This document shows positions 26,375 to 36,137 of a stretch of DNA of 64,000 nt, one piece after another. This DNA is from an uncultured Gemmatimonadales bacterium (lineage in GTDB: Bacteria; Gemmatimonadota; Gemmatimonadetes; Gemmatimonadales; GWC2-71-9), in the NCBI GenBank assembly GCA_963810185.1, contig CAWEMJ010000007.1, positions 836,190 to 900,189 on the forward strand. The letters are read 5' to 3'. The notes beneath the pieces are model-generated. The model was not told where the DNA came from and did not search any database. It saw nothing but the letters and a program-made list of their open reading frames with translations. The first letter of the stretch is position 1; the number at the start of each line of letters is the position of its first letter. A program made the position numbers and the translations under genes.

Positions 26375-28969
26375 TCACGGTTGCAGCACCTCCGCCCACT
26401 GGACGTTGCCGAGCCGCTCCTCGAGGGTGAAGTAGAACCGTGTCCCGTCCGACGCCAGAGTCGGGCCGTTTGTCCTTCCCTCAGGATCCCGGAGGTCGAC
26501 CAGCAACTTCGGCGCGCCGCGTCGGAGCGGGAGCGCCCAGATCCCCCCTGAACCGGCAGAGTCATGGCCCAGGAAATAGAGGTGGGGGCGACCGCCGTCC
26601 CAGGCGAGAAAGGTAGCGATCGGGTCATTTGTAGCTGGCCGCGGGACGTAGAGCTGCATGAGCGGTCCGCTGTCCGCCGGGATGACGTCGATCGCGCCGG
26701 ACACGCGGAGGAACGCGAGACGCGTCCCGTCTGGCGACCAGAGGGGAAGCTGGGCATCCTCCAGGCGCCAAGTCGGGGGGGCCCAACCTCCTCCCGACCG
26801 GCGCTGGATCACGACTACGGCACCGGGCTCAGTGCGATGATCCCACGCGGCGATCGCGCTGCCATCCGGTGACCAGCGGGGAACTCCCATCTCGGTCTCG
26901 CCGGCAATGGCTTCGCCGGCCTGGCCTGTCGCGAGGTCGCGAATGTGAAGCAGGCGGGCGCCCCCGGACCAGAGGTGGTACGCGACCTGGTCGTTGCCCG
27001 GCGAGAGGTCAGCGGCGTACTCGTCGCGCGGATCGTCCGTCAGGCGTTCGGGGCGGCCCCCGGTCGTTGGAACTCGGTAGATGTCCGCGTTCCCGCGAAC
27101 GTTGCTGTCGTACACCAGCCACTGCCCGTCCCGCGATGCCCGCACCACCTCCACGATCTGGTTGCCGGTGGTCACACGCACCGCACCTGCCACCGACGCC
27201 ACCCCCGTGTCCGGGATCGGAACCGACCAGATGTTCGACCGCCTGCTGTACACGGAGTACGCGATGCGATCCTGAGCGAGGCTGATCGACGCTGCCTGGA
27301 GCCCGACCCGCTGGAAGGGGCCGACTCCCATCCCGCTTCGGGACAGCCGCGCGGCATACGCCTCGCCCCAGACACCGTCCCTGTCCGAAAGGAACCAAAG
27401 CGAACGGCCGTCCGCCGACCATGTCGGGCTGAAATTCGAGTGCTCGCGGTCCGTGAGCGGGACCGGCGCGCCGCCCCCCGCCGGAAAGATGACGATGCCG
27501 CATGGCGCCTGGTTCCCAAAGAGGGTGCCGGGGATCAGGGAGACCCAATTGCCGGAGACACAGGCGATCCACCGCCCGTCCGGTGACCACACACAGGAGT
27601 GAATCTGGGTTCCGATGCCGACGAACCGAAACCCCGGACCTTCCAGCGGTACCACCAGCAACGAATCATGCCGGACCACCACGATCGAGTCGCCACGCGG
27701 CGACCAAGCGGCCGACCGGATCGCCCCCTCTCCCGGACCGCCGGTCGCGATGAGGCGCGGCGTCCCGCCGACGGCCGGAGCCACATACGCATCGGAGCCT
27801 GAGAGGTAGGCGAGCGCATCGTTGTCGGGCGACCACCGTGGCACGAGCTCCACGGAATTCGAGTCGTTGCTCAGGGCCCAGGGCGTGCCCCCCTCGAGGC
27901 GCGTGACGTAGATCCGCCTCTTGCTCGGCGAGCCCGCAGTGAACGCCACGAGCCGGCCGTTCGGCGAAATCGCCGGCTCGATCTGGAGCCCCTCGCCTGA
28001 CGTCACCGGCAGCGACTTTCCGATGACCGGACGCGGCGTCGCGCGAAGCCCATTCCACGCCACCGCGCCCAGGCCGACGATTGCCACAATCCCGATTGCC
28101 CCAGCCCAGACTCCTGGCCTCGCGCGAAGGGGCTTTGCGACAGGCGTATGGGTGCGCTCGTCGGTTCGAACGGTCGGCTCGAGGGTCAGGGCAGCGGGAC
28201 GACCAGCCGCCGCGCCGACGTCTCCCTGGACCTCGACTTTCGAACTGCTGCTTCCCCGGCGAATCGACGACGCGAGCGCGACGGTTTCCGGCGCTGGCTC
28301 GACCTCGTATTCCCGCGCGAGGCGGAGTCGATACGCCTCATACGCCCCCAGGGCCCCCGCCAGGTCGCCCATCGCGTGGCACAACGACATCAGCGTGCGC
28401 ACCGCCGGCTCGTCGTCTGCATGGATTTCGAGCACGCGTCGGAGTGTGGCCCGGCAATCGTCCAGTCGCCCGACCCGTTCCAATTCGGCCGCGTGCCGCT
28501 TGCCTGCCTCCGCCACCCGTCCCCGCAGCCGCTCTCGTTCCTCGTCCAACCACCGTTGGAAGCCCTCGCTGTCCGGAGGGTAGAGGCCCGGCAGGAGATC
28601 GCCCGCATAGGCGTTCAGCGCATCGCCGTGCCGGCCGTCCGACAGGGCTGCCGAGACCAACGCGAGATCGGTCTCGACCACGGCGGGGTTGACCGAGACT
28701 TCCTCGTCTCCACGAGTTTGCAGGGCCGGTTCGCCCACAACCTGACGCACCATGTAGAGAGCGTTACGGAGCGAGGTTCGAGAGTGGGCCGTGTCGAGTT
28801 TCGGCCAGAACAGGCCGAGAAGCGTGTCGCGGCGGTGCCAGGTCCCGGGCGTCGGGGTGGCGAGGTAGGCCAGCAGGGCCAGCCGCTTGGGCTGGCGAAG
28901 CAGTTGGTCGAGTGGCGAGCCGTCCGGGCCGCGCAGCCCAATCTCACCGAGCAGCTGAAAGCGGATCAT
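26375..28969 (-). CDS. Membrane-anchored SARP/BTAD-type transcriptional activator fused to a TolB-like beta-propeller
   Basis: N-terminal OmpR-type winged helix plus BTAD (LLGEIGLRG...RQPKRLALLAYLA...YAGDLLPGLY...FQRWLDEERERL). One TM helix (VWAGAIGIVAIVGLGAVAW). Repeated PD40/WD40-like blades follow (SPNGRLVAF, WSPDNDALAY, WSPDGRWIA, WSADGRSLWF, WSPDGSAIA, WSPDGTRLAF). Confidence 0.8.
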   Translation of the reverse strand: MIRFQLLGEIGLRGPDGSPLDQLLRQPKRLALLAYLATPTPGTWHRRDTLLGLFWPKLDTAHSRTSLRNALYMVRQVVGEPALQTRGDEEVSVNPAVVETDLALVSAALSDGRHGDALNAYAGDLLPGLYPPDSEGFQRWLDEERERLRGRVAEAGKRHAAELERVGRLDDCRATLRRVLEIHADDEPAVRTLMSLCHAMGDLAGALGAYEAYRLRLAREYEVEPAPETVALASSIRRGSSSSKVEVQGDVGAAAGRPAALTLEPTVRTDERTHTPVAKPLRARPGVWAGAIGIVAIVGLGAVAWNGLRATPRPVIGKSLPVTSGEGLQIEPAISPNGRLVAFTAGSPSKRRIYVTRLEGGTPWALSNDSNSVELVPRWSPDNDALAYLSGSDAYVAPAVGGTPRLIATGGPGEGAIRSAAWSPRGDSIVVVRHDSLLVVPLEGPGFRFVGIGTQIHSCVWSPDGRWIACVSGNWVSLIPGTLFGNQAPCGIVIFPAGGGAPVPLTDREHSNFSPTWSADGRSLWFLSDRDGVWGEAYAARLSRSGMGVGPFQRVGLQAASISLAQDRIAYSVYSRRSNIWSVPIPDTGVASVAGAVRVTTGNQIVEVVRASRDGQWLVYDSNVRGNADIYRVPTTGGRPERLTDDPRDEYAADLSPGNDQVAYHLWSGGARLLHIRDLATGQAGEAIAGETEMGVPRWSPDGSAIAAWDHRTEPGAVVVIQRRSGGGWAPPTWRLEDAQLPLWSPDGTRLAFLRVSGAIDVIPADSGPLMQLYVPRPATNDPIATFLAWDGGRPHLYFLGHDSAGSGGIWALPLRRGAPKLLVDLRDPEGRTNGPTLASDGTRFYFTLEERLGNVQWAEVLQP

Positions 28970-29162
28970 TCAACCCCAATCGGTGCGGTTCGATGGCGGG
29001 AGGGCAAGTCGAAGTATGGCAGCCGGTTGCGAGTTCGCAAGAGCCCAGCCCTGTTCTGGCCTCTCCCAACTCACGCTCAGGTGACGCCGGGGGCACAGCT
29101 CGCTCACACGCCGTCGGCATGTTGGACTCGTCAGTTCCCCAGACGACCCCTTCGGAGGCCCC

Positions 29163-30647
29163 ATGCAGACGATTCGGTTCCCGGCGATTGCCCTCCTCAT
29201 TTTCGCCCTGGTGACGGCCTGCTCAGACGCCGTGGATCCACCCACGGCAGCCGACTTGTCCACGGGCCGCCAAGATCCGGAACGCGGGAGAGCGGGAGGG
29301 GTCGTCGTGTGTCACAAACCGGAGCGTGGAGGGCAGCTGCTTGAGGTTTCGACCTCCGCGCTCGATGCGCATCTCGGACACGGGGACTACCTGGCTCGGT
29401 ACGAAGTGGACCCACTCGGCGAGGAGGCGGCCACCTTCGGCCGGTACCGGCGCATCTGGCAGGCGCTCGACGCCGTGCGCGCCGGGCGGGTCGAACGGGG
29501 TGAGCGCACATCCGCCGCCTGCCGCATCACCATCGAGGTGGCGCGTGGGGAGTACACCGGCAGCTTCGACGCGGGCGCTTCCAGCTCGCTCGAGCGCTTC
29601 CCCTTGTTGGTCGATGTTCCAGATGTCACCCTGCGCGGCGCGCTCGAAATGGAGGTCGACCAAAACGGGCGCGCGACGGGGGAAGCCCGCCACCCCGACG
29701 GCATCACCTCGCTTCGTCCCGATCGCCCTATCACGTTCCAGCCGGTCACCGAGGCGATCGTGCTCGTGGTGGGCCACCCAGGAGGAACAGCAGGGAATGG
29801 GGCGGTGATCGAGGGGTTCGCGTTCGGCGCCGCGCCGACCGAGACCAACTCCGGCGGGATGGCGATCATCTCCCTGCGGGTGGAACGACTGGTGGTCCGT
29901 GGGAACCGGTTCGATCGCGGGCTCTCGACCGCCGGCGACTTCCGCGCCACGAGCGCGGTGGTGATCCACAACTACGGCAAGGGCCTCGGTGTGAACTGCG
30001 GCTTCTGCATGGCCGGGCCCGGGGACTACCTGGCCGAAGGCAACCGCCTGGTGGATGGCGCGCTCGGCGGGCTCTACGTCACGGCCGCGCTCGCCCACTT
30101 GCCGTTCTCGATCGGCGCGATCCCCGGGGTTGTAGTCGAGCCGTATGAACTCCCTGGCTCCGCGGCCGTCACCGCCCGCGTCCTCAACAACGAGGTCCAA
30201 GGCCACCTGAGGAAGCCGATCGGTTTCGGCCTTCGGATCCTTGCGTTGGGCCCGTCCTCCTCCTCGGTTCCCCAGTCCACGCGAGTCGTCGTGGCCGACA
30301 ACGAATTCTCGCGAAATACGTTCGGCCTCATCGTGGACGCGGGATTCCCGCAGGCCGGGACGCTCCGCCGAGGCGACGTCGACGTGGCGTTGCGCGGAAA
30401 CTCCATTTCGCAAAGCTGTCAGGCGAACCTGCTCGTGGCCTTCACCCGTCACACCGGCGCCCTCGGTACGACGGTCAATCCTTACCTCGCGAGCTCCACC
30501 TACCGGCTCGATCTCGGAGGCGACCTGCCGTGGGCCGAGGCGTGGTACAGCCATCCGGACGGTTACGGAAACACGCTGATGGTAGGCGGAGCCGGCGTGC
30601 CGCCGGGCCAGCGCGTGGCCTACGACCCGGCGAAATCCTGCCCATGA
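29163..30647 (+). CDS. Lipoprotein with right-handed parallel beta-helix-like repeats
   Basis: Lipobox FALVTAC. Repeated short turns (VVRGNRF, AEGNRLV, VLNNEV, VADNEFS, LRGNSIS) are typical of beta-helix repeats. Confidence 0.6.
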   Translation: MQTIRFPAIALLIFALVTACSDAVDPPTAADLSTGRQDPERGRAGGVVVCHKPERGGQLLEVSTSALDAHLGHGDYLARYEVDPLGEEAATFGRYRRIWQALDAVRAGRVERGERTSAACRITIEVARGEYTGSFDAGASSSLERFPLLVDVPDVTLRGALEMEVDQNGRATGEARHPDGITSLRPDRPITFQPVTEAIVLVVGHPGGTAGNGAVIEGFAFGAAPTETNSGGMAIISLRVERLVVRGNRFDRGLSTAGDFRATSAVVIHNYGKGLGVNCGFCMAGPGDYLAEGNRLVDGALGGLYVTAALAHLPFSIGAIPGVVVEPYELPGSAAVTARVLNNEVQGHLRKPIGFGLRILALGPSSSSVPQSTRVVVADNEFSRNTFGLIVDAGFPQAGTLRRGDVDVALRGNSISQSCQANLLVAFTRHTGALGTTVNPYLASSTYRLDLGGDLPWAEAWYSHPDGYGNTLMVGGAGVPPGQRVAYDPAKSCP

Positions 30648-30666
30648 TGGGCGAAGGGAGCTCACA

Positions 30667-31917
30667 ATGAGGACTCGAATCACGATCCTTCTGGCGGCCG
30701 CCGCCGTGGTCGCGGTGGCCTGCTCCGACCCGACCGGGAGCACCACGTTCATTACTGCGTCCGCGATTGCCGGCGGCGATGCTCAGAGCGCGTTGGTCGG
30801 CACCACCCTCCCGCGGCCCCTGCAGGTCCAGGTGCGGTCCGGCGATGTCGCACTGGCCGGCGCCATCGTGGTCTGGCAGCCGTCGTCGGGCGGGCTCACC
30901 ATCACCTCGAGCGCCACGGATTCCAATGGTGTGGCCTCCGCTCGTTGGACTCTTGGAAACGCCCCTGGACCAGGGACAGTCGTGGCCACCGTCCAGGGGG
31001 CCGAGGGTTCGCCAGTCACCTTCACCGCAACGGCGCTTGGCTGGGTGACGGCCACGGTGGACCGCGCCACTGACAACCAATCCGGAACCGTCGGCGCGCT
31101 ACTCCCGAACCAAATCCGCATTAGAGCTGTCTCGGCCGGCGCCCCGGTGGAGGGGGTGGCGGTCACGTGGACCACGAACAATGGGAGCTTGAACCCCCAC
31201 TCGACCGTCACAGACGTCAACGGCATGGCTACGGCGGAGTGGGTGCTCGGCACCGTGGCCGGTCCGATGATTGCACACGCCACGATTGATCGGACCCAGG
31301 GCGCGCCACTGATGTTCACCGCGACTGCGGTGCCTGGACCGGCGGTACACATCGAGAAGCTACGGGGGGACGGGCAGGTCGTTCCGGCCAATTTCCCCGT
31401 ATTTGGCCGGCTGTGGGTCGATGCCACCGACCAATACGGCAACACCGTGCCGCCGGAGACGATCGTCTGGTCAGTCCAGAGCGGCCCGGTGAAGATCCTC
31501 ATGCCGGCCTTTGGGGGCTCCTTCACCGCGGTTGTCTCGCCGACTGACGTTCCAGGAGACGGCGTGGTGCGTGCAGCTGCCGCAGGCGGGCTGGCGGTGG
31601 ACTTTTCTCTCAGGGCCGCTGCTTCTGTCCCCTTGGTTCTGTTCGACCAGAACGCGGGAGAGTTCTCCAGCCCGCAGAATGGCTCGCTGCCGGCCGTCGA
31701 CACGATTCCGGTCGGAGGATCAATGACCTGGCTTCTCACGAACTGGAGCTACATGTACGACGACGCGGGGGTGGCGTCGGTCGGGGATCCCTCGTTCGCT
31801 GGCGGCGACTTCACGTCAGATCCATCGATATTCACCGCGGTGTTCGCCGCACCGGGGACGTATCACTACACCGATTCCTACAACCAGGCGCCGCATGGCA
31901 CGGTGGTCGTGCGGTGA
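30667..31917 (+). CDS. Lipoprotein with three Ig-like (Big_1-type) repeats and a cupredoxin-like C-terminal domain
   Basis: Lipobox VVAVAC. A ~95-aa repeat occurs three times (GDAQS...G..L...L.V.V......G..V.W......G.........TD.NG.A...W.LG...G........). The C-terminus GSMTW...PGTYHYTDSYNQAPHGTVVV resembles a cupredoxin fold. Confidence 0.6.
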   Translation: MRTRITILLAAAAVVAVACSDPTGSTTFITASAIAGGDAQSALVGTTLPRPLQVQVRSGDVALAGAIVVWQPSSGGLTITSSATDSNGVASARWTLGNAPGPGTVVATVQGAEGSPVTFTATALGWVTATVDRATDNQSGTVGALLPNQIRIRAVSAGAPVEGVAVTWTTNNGSLNPHSTVTDVNGMATAEWVLGTVAGPMIAHATIDRTQGAPLMFTATAVPGPAVHIEKLRGDGQVVPANFPVFGRLWVDATDQYGNTVPPETIVWSVQSGPVKILMPAFGGSFTAVVSPTDVPGDGVVRAAAAGGLAVDFSLRAAASVPLVLFDQNAGEFSSPQNGSLPAVDTIPVGGSMTWLLTNWSYMYDDAGVASVGDPSFAGGDFTSDPSIFTAVFAAPGTYHYTDSYNQAPHGTVVVR

Positions 31918-31991
31918 ATTCGATCTGGACTGGCGGCGGCTAGTGGTTCTCCAGCACCAGCGTGGACAGCGCGCCGAGCGCAACCGCTCGG

Positions 31992-33135
31992 TCATCCTGC
32001 CGTATAGGTCCGCCCCCGCCACTCGATCCGCCGCTCACCACGGCGGGTCGAGCGCGCAAAGATCCAGCCGGTCATGACCACGCCCAGCGGGTAGGAAAGC
32101 CCGTACAGCGGGTTGATGCCGAACCCGATGTTGAACAGGATCCAGAACAGCGCGCTGAAACCGGTGGCCCAGGCCGCCGGTTCGAGCCACGCCGGCACCA
32201 CTCCCGCGAACGCCAGGAGCAGGACGGCCGGCGGCAGCAGCCAGAAGAGCGCGCCGAGGCTGAACATCAGCGGGAGCAGCGCCCGACGTATCGGCTCATC
32301 GGGGAACGACCGTTTTCCGCCCACGTATACGTTCTTGGACCAACCCTCGACCAGACCGGCAAGGCTGGTGTACATCCGGGTACCCATCAACTTGAGCGCA
32401 AAGGCGAACAGCTGCGGCCGACCCGGCGCGGAAATACAGCTGTGCCATCGCCAGGTCCTCCGCCACCTCGTGCTTTACCGCCGCGTGCGTCCCCACCGTC
32501 TCATAGCTCTCGCGGGTCACCAGGATGAACTGCCCGTTGGCGATGACCTCGCTGGCGGTCCGCGCCCGGTTGACGACGGTTGGATGGAACCGGATGGCGA
32601 GGAGCGCGCCGATGACCGGCATGATGACCCGCTCCCAAAATGATCCGCAGATCATCCGGCCGATGACGGTCACGAGGTCCCGGCGCTCCGATTGCAGTGC
32701 GCCGACCGCGCGGCCCAGCAACTCCGGGGCGTGTCGCGTGTCGGCGTCGGTAAACAACAGCAACTCGCCCCGCGCCTCGCGATAGCCCTGCATGCACGCC
32801 CACGGCTTGCCGAACCAGCCCGTCGGGAGTTCCTCCCCCTCGACCAGCCGCACCCGCGGATCCCGGGCGGCGTACGCGCGCACCACTCCGGCGGTGCCGT
32901 CCGTCGAACGGTCGTTGACGACCAGGATTTCGATCGGCGCATAGCCGGTCAGGAGCAGGGAATCGAGCAGGATCGGGAGGTTGTCCTGTTCGTTGCGCGC
33001 CGGGACGATGATGGACACGAGTCGGCCGTTCGCGAGTGGCGCGTCGGCAAGATTGGGCCGCTGGCGGGCGAGACGCACAAAGGCGAGAAAGGGAGCAGCC
33101 CAGGGAAGGGCGGCCCAGTAGGCGGGCAGGGACAC
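31992..33135 (-). pseudogene. Family 2 glycosyltransferase interrupted by a +1-nt frameshift (or an assembly error)
   Basis: ORF 32296..33135 carries GT2 motifs (VSIIVPARNE, VVNDRSTDGT, LLFTDADT) and runs into nonsense after EDLAMAQLYFRAG. The expected continuation (RPQLFAFALKLMGTRMYTSLAGLVEGWSKN plus TM helices) is in the frame of ORF 31992..32390. The switch maps to the CCC/GGG run at 32422-32424. Confidence 0.65.
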
Positions 33136-33143
33136 CGATTGAC

Positions 33144-33677
33144 CTAACGGTTGCGAGTGACGGCCGCGAGCTCGCCTTCGAGCTGCTCGAGGTGGCGGTC
33201 CACCTCTTCGGCATCCACCGCCGTGCCCGGACCGGGCACGCCGTTCTGGGCGAAGATGGTGGCCACCAGTGCATCGGTGTACCCCACAACCGCCACGCCG
33301 ATCCCTTTGTCCAGCACCCGATTGAGCTGAAGCATGATGGCCATGGCCCGGCGAGGCCGCATGGCGGCCAGGACGGGGGCCAGGTTCCGGATGAGGAGCT
33401 CCCGCAGGAACTGCATTTCATCCACGACCTCGCCGGCGGCCAGACCCCGGGCCGCCGCCACCCGACCGAAGTGCTCGCACGCGTGGTTCCAGACCGGCTC
33501 GATCTCCCGCCGCACCGGCCCCACCATTTCACCCAGCAACTCGATGATGAGCCGCAACTCCCGCTCGATGATCGGCCGGGGTATTGTGGTGGAGGTCTGC
33601 ATACGGTCGCCCAGCCAGTCGGCCCATTGGGCGACCATCTCGTCCCGCAGGTCGAAAATGACGCGGCTGGCGGCCAA
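33144..33677 (-). CDS. Hypothetical protein, possibly RsbR-N-like helical sensor domain
   Basis: 177-aa all-helical ORF, clean and without competitors. The family assignment is only a resemblance. Confidence 0.5.
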   Translation of the reverse strand: MAASRVIFDLRDEMVAQWADWLGDRMQTSTTIPRPIIERELRLIIELLGEMVGPVRREIEPVWNHACEHFGRVAAARGLAAGEVVDEMQFLRELLIRNLAPVLAAMRPRRAMAIMLQLNRVLDKGIGVAVVGYTDALVATIFAQNGVPGPGTAVDAEEVDRHLEQLEGELAAVTRNR

Positions 33678-33748
33678 GAGGGCCGGATGCGAAGCGCGCA
33701 GGGCGTTCCTCCAATCGGTGGCGCCCCTAATCTACCACAGGAGTCCGA

Positions 33749-34711
33749 ATGAGGTCAAAGAATTTCGTCCGGCCACCGGCACTCGGAGCGGGCAGTCGGG
33801 TGGCGCTCGTCGCGCCGGCGGGGCCGCTGCTCGAGCGCGACGACCTGCTCCGCGGCGAGGAACTCTGCCGGGCGCTGGGATTCGAGCCCGTGCTCGGCCC
33901 GAACGCCTACCGCCACTACGGATACCTGGCCGGCACCGACGAGCAGCGGCTCGGCGACCTGAACGCCGCCATCGCCGACCCGCGCATCGACGCGGTCTGG
34001 TGTCTCCGCGGCGGCTATGGCATGACACGGATCCTCGATCAGGTCGATTTCGCGCCGCTCCGGAAGCGCCCGAAGGCCATCATCGGATTCTCCGACATCA
34101 CGGCGTTGCTCAACGCCGCACAGGTCGAGGCGGGACTCGTCACCTTCCACGGACCGATGGCGCGCGAGCCCTTGACTCCCTTCAGCCGCTGGCACTTTGA
34201 CCGGGTGCTCACCACCGTCAATCCCGCCGGCCGACTCGGCCGGGTGGCTCCTCCCGCGGATGTGCTGGTTCCCAAGGATGGGCGGATCGTGACGCTCGTG
34301 GCTGGCCAGGCCACCGGGCCGCTCGTCGGGGGCAACCTGACCCTTCTCCAGTGCCTCATCGGCACTCGGTACTTCCCGGACCTCAACGGCGCCTTGCTCT
34401 TCATCGAGGACGTGGGCGAGGACCTTTACTCCGTCGACCGGATGCTCGCACAGCTCCGGTCCATCGGGGCGCTCCAGAAGGTGGCCGGGATCATCGTGGG
34501 GCAGTTCACCGACCTCAAGCGCGGCACCGACGACGGTGCGCTCGGCTTCGACGAGGTATTGACCACCTACTTCGCGCCGCTCAAGGTCCCCGTGGCCTAC
34601 GGCTTCCCGATCGGCCATGTGGACGACCAGTGGACCCTCCCCCTCGGCGTGAGCGCCCGGCTCGACGCCACCGCCGGTGAACTGGAGATCCTCGACGGGG
34701 CGGTGAGGTAG
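33749..34711 (+). CDS. LD-carboxypeptidase (peptidase S66, LdcA/MccF-like)
   Basis: Nucleophile motif IIGFSDITAL, plus the conserved GGNL...L.GT and GFPIGH motifs. Confidence 0.85.
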   Translation: MRSKNFVRPPALGAGSRVALVAPAGPLLERDDLLRGEELCRALGFEPVLGPNAYRHYGYLAGTDEQRLGDLNAAIADPRIDAVWCLRGGYGMTRILDQVDFAPLRKRPKAIIGFSDITALLNAAQVEAGLVTFHGPMAREPLTPFSRWHFDRVLTTVNPAGRLGRVAPPADVLVPKDGRIVTLVAGQATGPLVGGNLTLLQCLIGTRYFPDLNGALLFIEDVGEDLYSVDRMLAQLRSIGALQKVAGIIVGQFTDLKRGTDDGALGFDEVLTTYFAPLKVPVAYGFPIGHVDDQWTLPLGVSARLDATAGELEILDGAVR

Positions 34712-34714
34712 CCG

Positions 34715-35551
34715 GTGGCCACCCCGTCCCTCACCCGGCACCGCCTGCCCGGCTACCTCGGCGACATCCTGATCGACGTGCGCACCGGCGATCGCATGCG
34801 GCCCCGGCCGGCGGTGCTCGTGCTGCACGGGTTCAAGGGATTCAAGGACTGGGGGATGTTCCCTCCGCTGTCGGAACGGCTGGCCAAGGCCGGCTTCACC
34901 GTGGTCAGCTTCAACCTGAGCGGCAGCGGCGTGGACGACGCCGGGGAGTTCTCGTTGCCCGACCACTTTGCGCGCGCCACCTACAGCGGAGATCTGGGCG
35001 ATATCGCCCAGGTCGTGGAGGCCGTGGCCAGTGGCGCCCTCGACGTTGCTGCCCCGACGTCGATCGGACTCCTGGGGCATTCGCGCGGGGGCGGCCTCGG
35101 GGTGCTTGCCGCCGCGGCCCAGCCGCGGATCGGCGCCCTGGTCACCTGGGCGGCTATCAGCGATGTGCACCGGTATTCGCCGGAGGAAGTCGCGGCCTGG
35201 CGGGCCCGGGGACAGATCGACATCGTGAACTCCCGCACCGGGCAGGTACTGCCAATCCTCACCGACGTGCTGGACGATGTGGTGCAGCATGGATCGACGT
35301 CACTCGAGATTCGGGCCGCCGCCGGGCGCCTCGCGGTCCCCTGGCTCGTGGTGCATGGGGAATCGGACGCCACGGTCCCCGTCGCCGAAGCCAGGGCGCT
35401 CCACACAGCAGGCGGGCCTGCCGCCGAACTCATGGTGATTCCCGGCGCCGGCCACACCTTCGAGGCGGTTCACCCCTGGCAGGGACCCACGCCCGCGTTC
35501 GATGCGGCCGCGGACGCCTCCCTCGCCTGGTTCCGGCGGCACCTTCAGTAG
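34715..35551 (+). CDS. Alpha/beta hydrolase
   Basis: LVLHGFKGFKDWG, nucleophile elbow GHSRGG, and late Asp/His (HGESDATV, GAGHTF). Confidence 0.75.
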   Translation: MATPSLTRHRLPGYLGDILIDVRTGDRMRPRPAVLVLHGFKGFKDWGMFPPLSERLAKAGFTVVSFNLSGSGVDDAGEFSLPDHFARATYSGDLGDIAQVVEAVASGALDVAAPTSIGLLGHSRGGGLGVLAAAAQPRIGALVTWAAISDVHRYSPEEVAAWRARGQIDIVNSRTGQVLPILTDVLDDVVQHGSTSLEIRAAAGRLAVPWLVVHGESDATVPVAEARALHTAGGPAAELMVIPGAGHTFEAVHPWQGPTPAFDAAADASLAWFRRHLQ

Positions 35552-35634
35552 GCCGTGAATCCGCGCCCGTCGCATCGATCGTATCGAAGGGGTCCCCGTC
35601 CCAACCGTCCCAACCGTACCAGCCGAGAGGTCCC

Positions 35635-36121
35635 ATGCGCATTCCATCCGCCCTTGCCGCTGCGCTGGCCTTCGCCGCCTGCACGCCCACGCCAACAACC
35701 CCCGACGCCGCTGCCGTGCGCGCCTCGCTGATCGCCGCCGACGAGGAATTCGCGGCGGCCACTGCCGCGAACGGGCCTCGAGGCATGGCTGGCCGCCTAC
35801 GACAGCAGCGGCATCCAGATGGAGCCTGATCAGCCCTTCACGCCCGGTATTCCCAGCATTCGCGCCGCCATGGCGCCCGCCTTTGCCGACACCACGTTCC
35901 GCCTGACGTGGCAACCGACAATGGCGTTTGCAAGCGCGGCCGGGGACCTTGGCTACACCCTGGGCATCTGGCAGAGCAGGCACTACAACGATGCCGGCCA
36001 GGGGCAGGTCACCACCGGCAAGTACGTGACGATCTGGCGGAAGCAGGCCGACGGGAGCTGGAAAGTCGTGTTCGACGGCGGCAATCCCGACTCTTCACCG
36101 AAATTGGTGACTGACCCTTGA
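35635..36121 (+). pseudogene. DUF4440/SnoaL-like lipoprotein split by a 1-nt frameshift (or an assembly error)
   Basis: ORF 35635..35829 supplies the signal plus lipobox (ALAFAAC) and the start of the domain. The frame of ORF 35819..36121 is open upstream and reads ...GLEAWLAAYDSSGIQMEPDQ..., giving a continuous DUF4440-like protein if one base is removed at the GGGCC run at 35773-35777. Confidence 0.6.
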
Positions 36122-36137
36122 TGGCCGTCGTGCACAT

